NCBI GenBank assembly: GCA_964291215.2
Contig: OZ219790.1
Span: 2,048,001-2,112,000, forward strand
Origin: Alphaproteobacteria bacterium
GTDB taxonomy: Bacteria > Pseudomonadota > Alphaproteobacteria > MPNO01 > UBA830
Direction: 5' to 3'
DNA: 64,000 bases
The position numbers and the translations under genes are program-made. Shown piece after piece: positions 57,730 through 64,000 of the stretch (its first letter is position 1; each line of letters starts with the position of its first letter). A model generated the notes under the pieces. That model ran no database searches. It had not been told where the DNA came from and saw nothing but the letters and a program-made list of their open reading frames with translations.

Positions 57730-57756
57730 GGTAATTTTGTACAAAGTCGAGCTTAG

Positions 57757-57945
57757 AGATTTTATTTTCAAGTAGACAGTAGGCTTCGGCGGACGATCCG
57801 CTTCCATCTGGCCGTGCAGGTGCGTGAACGCGAGGGGGGCGAAGCCCAGCCGAGCGCGGGCGTCATCGACAGCCAGACATGGCGGCAGAGTCAATATATC
57901 TCTCTGAGCAGACTGAAAACCACGGAGGCAAGCGGGATTAGCAGT
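57757..57945 (+). pseudogene. IS5-family transposase fragment
   Basis: REREG..QPSAGVIDSQT...KTTE. Confidence 0.6.
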
Positions 57946-58176
57946 TATGCGGTAGTGGAGAATGGTCCGGATCCGGCGATCCACGGCGTGGTGCGGTGGC
58001 GGCGCTGCGACCTGGCGGCATGGCTCAGCGAGCAGTTCGGCGTGTCGCTGGGGGTGACGACGGTCGGACAGGAGTTGCGTCGCATGGGCTACGCCAAGCT
58101 CTCTGCGCGCCCGCGCCACCATGCCCGGGACGAAGCTGCGTTGGCGGCGTTCAAAAAAAGTTCCCCGACCGCCTGA

Positions 58177-59108
58177 GTGTCCGGCCCGGAATGAATTGAG
58201 TGATTTCAGTGTGTTGTGCTTCACTGGCAGTGTCCAGGCAATCAGCGAGGCACAAGATGTGGACTGAAATCACTCGACCGAAATATGACCGCACGGGGCT
58301 TCGTTACGCAAGCGATCTGAGCGATGGCGAATGGCGCGTGATCGAGCCCCATATGCCGGCGCCGAAGGCTCTGGGCCGGCCACGGACGACGGACCTGCGG
58401 GAGGTGGTAAACGCCATCCTGTATGTGCTGCGTTCGGGCTGCCCCTGGCGCTTGCTGCCGAACGACTTTCCGCCCCGTTCGACGGTGCAACGCTATTTCG
58501 CCGCGTGGCGGGACGAGGCGCTGTGGGCGCGCATCAATCACCGTCTCCTGATGGCGGCCCGCGAGGCCGAGGGGCGCGAGGCCAGCCCGTCGGCCGGCGT
58601 CATCGACAGCCAGTCGGTCAAGACCACGGAAAGCGGCGGTCCACGGGGCTTTGACGCGGGCAAGAAGATCAAGGGCCGCAAACGCCACATCCTCACCGAC
58701 ACCGGCGGCCTGCTGGTTGCCGCTCAGGTCCACGCCGCCAACATCCAGGACCGCGACGGCGCCCCCTCGGTGCTTGCCTCCATCCGCCACGCCTTCCCTT
58801 GGCTGCGTCACGTCTTCGCCGACGGCGCCTGTGCCGGCCCCAAGCTCGCGGCGGCTCTGGAACGGATCGGGCGGTGGACCCTGGAGATTGTCCAGCGCCC
58901 GGCCGGTGCGCGCGGGTTCGATGTCCTGCCGCGCCGCTGGGTGGTCGAGCACACATTGGCCTGGTTGAACCGCAATCGACGGCTCGCAAAGGACTTCGAG
59001 GCCAGCGTCACCACCGCCCAAGCCTGGCTCTTCATCGCCAGCGTTCAACTCATCACCAGAAGACTGGCAAGATATTGAAAATAAACACCTTAATTATGGG
59101 CCGGACTC
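58177..59108 (+). mobile_element. IS5-family element, intact
   Basis: TIR core GTCCGGCCC. TSD TGA (58174-58176, 59109-59111). Confidence 0.9.
58257..59078 (+). CDS. IS5-family transposase
   Basis: YASDLSD, GCPWRLLP, IDSQSVK, KGRKRH and RWVVE motifs. Confidence 0.93.
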   Translation: MWTEITRPKYDRTGLRYASDLSDGEWRVIEPHMPAPKALGRPRTTDLREVVNAILYVLRSGCPWRLLPNDFPPRSTVQRYFAAWRDEALWARINHRLLMAAREAEGREASPSAGVIDSQSVKTTESGGPRGFDAGKKIKGRKRHILTDTGGLLVAAQVHAANIQDRDGAPSVLASIRHAFPWLRHVFADGACAGPKLAAALERIGRWTLEIVQRPAGARGFDVLPRRWVVEHTLAWLNRNRRLAKDFEASVTTAQAWLFIASVQLITRRLARY

Positions 59109-59929
59109 TGAGGGAAATCCGCGCTGCACTTGGTGACGGCGTCGAGGTCGAAGTCTGGTGGCAGGACGAGGCGCGCGTCGGACAGAAGAACAAGATCACC
59201 CGGCGATGGGCGAAACGCGGCACCCGACCGTCAGCGCCCAAGGACCAGAGAACGATATCGGCCTACATCTTCGGCGCCATATGCCCGCATAAGGGCAAGG
59301 CCGCCGGCCTCGTCATGCCCCACGCCAACACGGAGGCACTCAACGCCCACCTCGCCGAGGTCGCCCTCACCGTCGAACCCGGAGCCCATGCCCTCGTCAT
59401 GCTCGACCGGGCCGGATGGCACATCTCCTCGACCCTCCAAGTGCCCGACAACATAACCCTCATGCCGCTCCCGCCCCGGTCCCCCGAGCTCAATCCTGTC
59501 GAGAATGTCTGGCAGTTCATGCGCGACAACTGGCTCTCGAACCGCGTCTTCCAGAACTACGACGACATACTCGATCACTGCTGCCAGGCCTGGAACAATC
59601 TCGTCTCACAACCAGAACGCATCGCCTCCATCGGAACTCGAAAATGGGCCCATGGGTTCTGAACCAGCGCCGTTGGTATGAGTTCCCTCGTGCACTGCGC
59701 GCAAGAAGGCACCCGGCAAGCATGGCCTTTTTTCACGGTCTGGCGGAACGCTTGCCGTCATGCCCTTCGGGCGATGGACCGTTTGTCGGCATGCGCGAGC
59801 CGGCAACGCCTCATTTCGGATCGATCCGGTCTCGGGCCGCTATCTGGAAACAGGCTTGATTTGCCGGAGGCCAGAAAAAACCAGTAAAATCAGCGATATA
59901 TAGAAGATTCAAAATATCCCGTTACATTG

Positions 59930-60826
59930 GGGGCAAGCACGAAACGGGCGGGGTGAACGCGAAGACCGGCGCGGTGTGGAAGAAGGTGAAGTCGTGGTTC
60001 GGCTACGGGCTGCACCTGATCGCCGACACGGACTACGAGGTTCCTGTAGCCTTCGAGGTGACGCGGGCGTCGGCGTCCGAGCCCGGGGCGCTGTCCGGGA
60101 TGGTGGAGGAGTTGTTCGCCGGGGCGCCGGAGGTGGCCGGTCGCTGCGCCACCTTCAGCGCCGACCGCTGTCTCGACAACGCCCGCCTGAAGGCGCTGCT
60201 GTGGGACAGGTGGCATATCCGCCCGCTGATCGACACGCGCCTGATGTGGCGGGTCGAGAAGAAGGAGCCGGGCCATGACCCGGCCGATCACGCGACCGCT
60301 GTTCCCCGGGCGCGCCGACGTCATCGTTCATGACGAACGCGGCCGGGTGTCCTGCGTGTGCCCGCAGACCGGCGAGGTCCGCACCATGGCCTTCCAGGGG
60401 TTCGAGGCCGGGCGCGGCGTCTGCGGCACGCTCGAATACCGCTGCCCCGCAGCCGCCTTCGGCTTCGAGTGCAAGGGACGCCGGGCCTGCCATCGGGCGG
60501 GTGGGGTGAAGTCCGGCGAATACGGCCGCATCCTGCGCGCCGACCTCGACAGCCATGACCGGCGCATCTTCACGCCCACGCCCTGGGGCAGCCCGTCATG
60601 GCGGCGCGGATACAACCGGCGCACCGCCATGGAGCAGATCAACGCCCGCCTCGACCGCAGGTTCAACTTCGAGACCCATTACATCCGCGGCCGCGCCAGG
60701 ATGAAGACACGCCTCGGCCTAGCGCTCGCGGTCATGATGGCCATGGCGCTTGCCCAGGCTCGCGCCGGACGCGCCGCACGCATGCGCTTCCTGGTCGGCA
60801 CCGTGCCCTGGCTCGACACCGGCTGA
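59930..60826 (+). pseudogene. Transposase, 3' half (partner of 35272-35829)
   Basis: GKHETGG..WFGYGLHLIAD, ADRCLD and YNRRTAMEQINARL motifs; one frameshift. Confidence 0.82.
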
Positions 60827-61396
60827 GCCCTCAACAGACTCCCGACAGCCCCGATCGAACCCGCCGGAACACCGGCAGACGGACAAACGCGACCGAGGCA
60901 CGGCGATGCTGCCGTGCCGAGCCGCTCAAGCTCCAAAACATCCATTGCCGGGCGGGTCGGCCACCCCGTATCATGAAAACAGGTGCCGGCCGCGCGGGCG
61001 GGACTTCGGGCTTGTACGGGGTTGCCTACCGGTCACGATCCGCAAGACGGGCGCCGCAGATGGCGAGTATCGGACGCCTCGGAAGCAGTACTTTGGCGGG
61101 GAGTGGTTTTTTGTGCGCCCGATCCCCAACCATTTTCACGGCAAATCAACCGGTGCGACCGCCCCGAACGCCGGAACAAACGACATCCCCACCCGGACCG
61201 ACGGTCCCTCGCGACCAAAAAAACACCACAGCGCAAATTTCTGTCCGTTGACCGTCAACGGAGTTGTGCTCATGCTCGCTCAAGCAAGGACTTTCCGGGG
61301 TGCAGTTCATGGTCGTCATGCGAGACCGTTTCGTGGACGACACAGGGGCCCGAGACAGGTATTCGTCGCGCCACCCGCAACTTCTTGCTGTTCGCC

Positions 61397-61549
61397 CTGA
61401 TCCAGGTCGACGTGCCGAGCCTGATCAACCCGCCGTCTGGCTGCCATTTCCACACGCGCTGCCCCTATGCGAAGGAGCGTTGCCGGATCGAATCGCCGGT
61501 GCTGCGCGAAATCGCCCCCGGCCACACAGTTGCCTGCCACCTGCGCTGA
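61397..61549 (+). pseudogene. 3' fragment of an oligopeptide ABC transporter ATPase
   Basis: [19 protein letters not shown]...C...VACH. Confidence 0.8.
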
Positions 61550-61558
61550 GCGGCGGAG

Positions 61559-62162
61559 CTACGTTTTCGGAGACCGGAGCAGGCTGCCGACATCGCGCCA
61601 CAATTTGGCGAACGAGGGGGGAATTACGCCGCGCTTCGGCCATATCGAAAGTCGCGGTGAGTGCAGCTTGGTCGAGTGTTTCCCGGTAACGCCGGCCGAG
61701 TGGCATCCTTGCGCTGAGCCAGCCCTTGGCGTCCTGGATGGCTTCGGGATCGTCCGGCGATGCAAGCGCTTCGTCGAGGCCGCGCCGTCCGGCGAGCGAG
61801 CCGGCGGCCGCCAGGAACCAAGCTTCGTATTCCGCTTTTGCCAGAACGGCGCGGATGTCCCGTCCCGGACTGGCCGCAACGGCGCGGGCGAGAAGTTGCG
61901 GGGCGAGTTCTGCCGGGCAATCGCGGTCGGCGTCGAGCAGTATCAGCACACATCCGTCCGTCCCCGCCAGATGCGAGGCAAATGCTACGGCGCGTTCCAA
62001 TTCGTCTTGTTTCACGAGCCTGTTGCGCGGCACACGGATTGGCCGGGGCGTCTCGACAACGATGTCCGGCGATATCTCTCCGGCGATGCGGCGGAGCAAT
62101 TCCGGTAGCGCCATTACCTCGCCATGCCCCTCCACAATCGCCAGGATGGTCCTGCGCATCAT
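61559..62162 (-). CDS. DUF4276-family (TOPRIM-like) protein with an apparent +1 frameshift at a G6 run
   Basis: IVEGHGE, LLDADRD and EYEAWFLA motifs. The C-terminus SFAKLWR lies in another frame. Confidence 0.8.
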
Positions 62163-63370
62163 TCTGTGATCGGGCCGAACAGGTCCAATTGACGGGCGTT
62201 TGGTTTGGAAAGCGACGGGTCCGGGTCAAGCTGGTTCATCCTGAGCAATTCGCCGGCTGTGTAGAGGCGATCCCTTAGCGCCAACCGTCCGGACTCATTC
62301 AACGGACCCATGCGGCTTTCGCCGCTTTCCGCCGTGACGGCGATGATCTGGTCCGGCGAAATATCCGGGTTGTCGAGCAGTTCCGGGCTGTGGCTGGTAA
62401 CAAGAATCTGCGTGTGCTCGGCCGCGTCCCGAAGGCTGTCCACCAGTACGCCGGCGGCCGCGGGATGCAGCGCAATTTCGGGCTCTTCGATGCCGACGAG
62501 CCAGCGCCTCCGGTCGTCCTGGGCATAGCTCTGGAACAACGCCACCAGAACCCCGAGCGCGCGCAGCGTACCGTCCGACATGTTCCCGGCGAGGAACTGC
62601 CACGGGTGTCGCGCGCCTCGAACCCTCTGGCGGAACGTCAGGGTTTCCCTTGGCCCTATGGTCCGCCGCTCGACGCCAGTAATCCCGGGAACCACCTGGC
62701 CGAGATAATCCTCGATTCTTCGCTTGAAGTCCGGCGCGTTCTCCGAAAGGTTGTGCAATACGCTGGCTATGTTGTAGCCGTCCCGTTCCAGGAGCCTTCC
62801 CGGATCGGGCGGCTGGAGGTTCCGGATCGCCTCTGGATTCAGATTGTAGAAGCCGGTTGTCGCCAAGGCCTCGTAAACGGCGCGGAACGGCTCCAGACCC
62901 GAGACCGTGACAAGATACAGTCGATCGGCGGCGGCGACGGGAGGATGCGTGATCGTACTTTCGACAACAGCGCCCCGCTCTGTTTTGTAACGATGCTCGC
63001 CAAGGCCGTTTCGCGGCGCGACGAGGCATTCTTCCTTCTGGACTTCATAGCCTCCCCGTTTCATGGCTCCGACCGTGAAGGCGTGGTAGCCGACCCATTC
63101 CTCAAGCGTGAATTCGAGCCGAATGCCGAAATGGGTGGGGTGGCCGCCGGAGCGCCGGCGGACCTCGCCGATGCCGCCTCGGTCGCGTAGCGCATGGTCC
63201 ATGGAGTAACCGAGCGATTCGGCGGTGAATCTGAGCGCATCGAGAAAATTACTTTTACCGGAGCCGTTCGGGCCGACGAGAAAGGAAAGCTGCGCCGGCC
63301 TCACATCGCATGCGCCGATGCTCTTGTAGTTTCGCAATACAATGCGTGTCAGCAGGCGGCGGTCGGGCAT
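62159..63370 (-). CDS. ABC/AAA_21-type ATPase
   Basis: NYKSI, GPNGSGKS, MSDGT, IEEPE..LHP and TSHS motifs. Confidence 0.92.
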   Translation of the reverse strand: MPDRRLLTRIVLRNYKSIGACDVRPAQLSFLVGPNGSGKSNFLDALRFTAESLGYSMDHALRDRGGIGEVRRRSGGHPTHFGIRLEFTLEEWVGYHAFTVGAMKRGGYEVQKEECLVAPRNGLGEHRYKTERGAVVESTITHPPVAAADRLYLVTVSGLEPFRAVYEALATTGFYNLNPEAIRNLQPPDPGRLLERDGYNIASVLHNLSENAPDFKRRIEDYLGQVVPGITGVERRTIGPRETLTFRQRVRGARHPWQFLAGNMSDGTLRALGVLVALFQSYAQDDRRRWLVGIEEPEIALHPAAAGVLVDSLRDAAEHTQILVTSHSPELLDNPDISPDQIIAVTAESGESRMGPLNESGRLALRDRLYTAGELLRMNQLDPDPSLSKPNARQLDLFGPITE

Positions 63371-63529
63371 TGCGGGTCTCCCGCTGTCGAGTCGGCGCGA
63401 CCCTAGCGTCAATGTAGCAGATCGGCGCCCGGCCCGTCAGCGCCTTGACAGTGCCGCCGCCCAGCACGCAGTCTGCCGGGCAGAGCGCGGGGAGGGCGCT
63501 CGTCACGATGCGCGGCCAGCGAGAGCCAG

Positions 63530-63800
63530 ATATATAGCATGTGCAGCGCGCGGTCTTCGGTCAGGCGCTTCATCTGCCGCATATAGGAGCGAAGCGGGCA
63601 GCCCGCATCGCCACGGCAAAAGGTGCCCCGCAGCAGCCCGTAGCACAGAAGCTGCCAGATCCACTGGCAATCGAGCATGTCGCTTTTGCGGCCGGCAATA
63701 TGCTTCGTCATCCGCGGCGGCACCAGAAGCACCTCGAAGCCGCCGCGCTCCAGCACCTCGTAGACCGGGATCGAGTAGACCGAGCATCCATGTTTCTTGG
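63530..63800 (-). pseudogene. IS110-family transposase fragment
   Basis: VYSIPVYEVLE...GRKSDMLDCQW...GLLRG. Confidence 0.75.
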
Positions 63801-64000
63801 CAAGGTTTTTGCGGGTGTCTGTGGTGATGTTTTCTGTGGTTGTCCACAAGCGGTGTGGGGTTTGCTCTGCGAGCGAGGCGACATGAAGCTTGTGGTCCCG
63901 GCGGCGGGTTGCCGTCCATTGGTCACGTGAACGCGGCTACCTTGCCGTCCCCGGGCATGGTAACGTGACCGTCCGGGTTCCAGGTGTCCCAAGGCGGTTC

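Larger units (their letters stand above)
51840..57756 (-). mobile_element. IS701-like element interrupted by two IS66 elements and carrying a passenger ORF
   Basis: Inverted ends CTAAGCTCGACTTTGT(G/A)CA at about 51840 and 57756. GLDDTIERRWG, GIYRDPVRSS and VADSSF motifs. Confidence 0.8.
57950..59680 (+). mobile_element. IS630-family element (A7 frameshift type), 5' truncated, interrupted by IS5
   Basis: VVRWRRCDL, LSARPRH, TTCAAAAAAAG slippery site, WQDEARVG, DRAGWH and SPELNPVE motifs. Confidence 0.85.
35830..59929 (+). mobile_element. 24.1-kb integrative element (IME-like) with defence cargo
   Basis: GGGGCAAG direct repeats (35822-35829, 59930-59937). Integrase at the left end. The host gene rejoins in frame. 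Confidence 0.8.
34987..61271 (+). mobile_element. IS1182/IS5-like element split by a 24-kb insertion
   Basis: TIRs GGGCACAACTCCGT (34987-35000) and ACGGAGTTGTGCTC (61258-61271). Transposase halves at 35272-35829 and 59930-60826. Confidence 0.75.

Noticed and set aside
1-64000. CRISPR array or cas genes
   Set aside because: No regularly spaced identical repeats with unique spacers. The 38.6-kb motif is short and degenerate, and no cas motifs were seen.

Overview
GC-rich window, probably alphaproteobacterial (inferred from purB, arginyltransferase and nitroreductase), dominated by nested mobile DNA. Intact host genes (LLM monooxygenase, FAD monooxygenase, CMD protein, nitroreductase, quinone oxidoreductase, arginyltransferase, PaaI thioesterase, purB, PPP phosphatase, tRNA-Arg(ACG)) sit among more than 20 IS copies or fragments (IS110, ISAs1, IS66, IS630, IS256, IS4/DUF4338, IS30, IS1634, ISKra4/ISLre2-like, IS701, IS5, IS1182-like). 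Main observations from rejoining junctions: (1) a 24.1-kb tyrosine-integrase element (35830-59929) sits inside a transposase gene between 8-bp GGGGCAAG repeats, and the two gene halves rejoin in frame; (2) its cargo includes a MTase-REase-HEPN operon whose RxxxxH motif appears only after removing an inserted IS, plus an MmeI-like R-M gene; (3) many multicopy IS keep perfect ends and TSDs while their transposases carry dense micro-deletions shared between copies in a non-tree-like way; (4) three IS66 copies carry a conserved Dam-like leader ORF coupled to the transposase; (5) an IS110 bridge-RNA-like structure lies at the left edge. Family calls come from motif recognition by eye, not database searches. 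Long-read consensus artefacts cannot be excluded for some indels.
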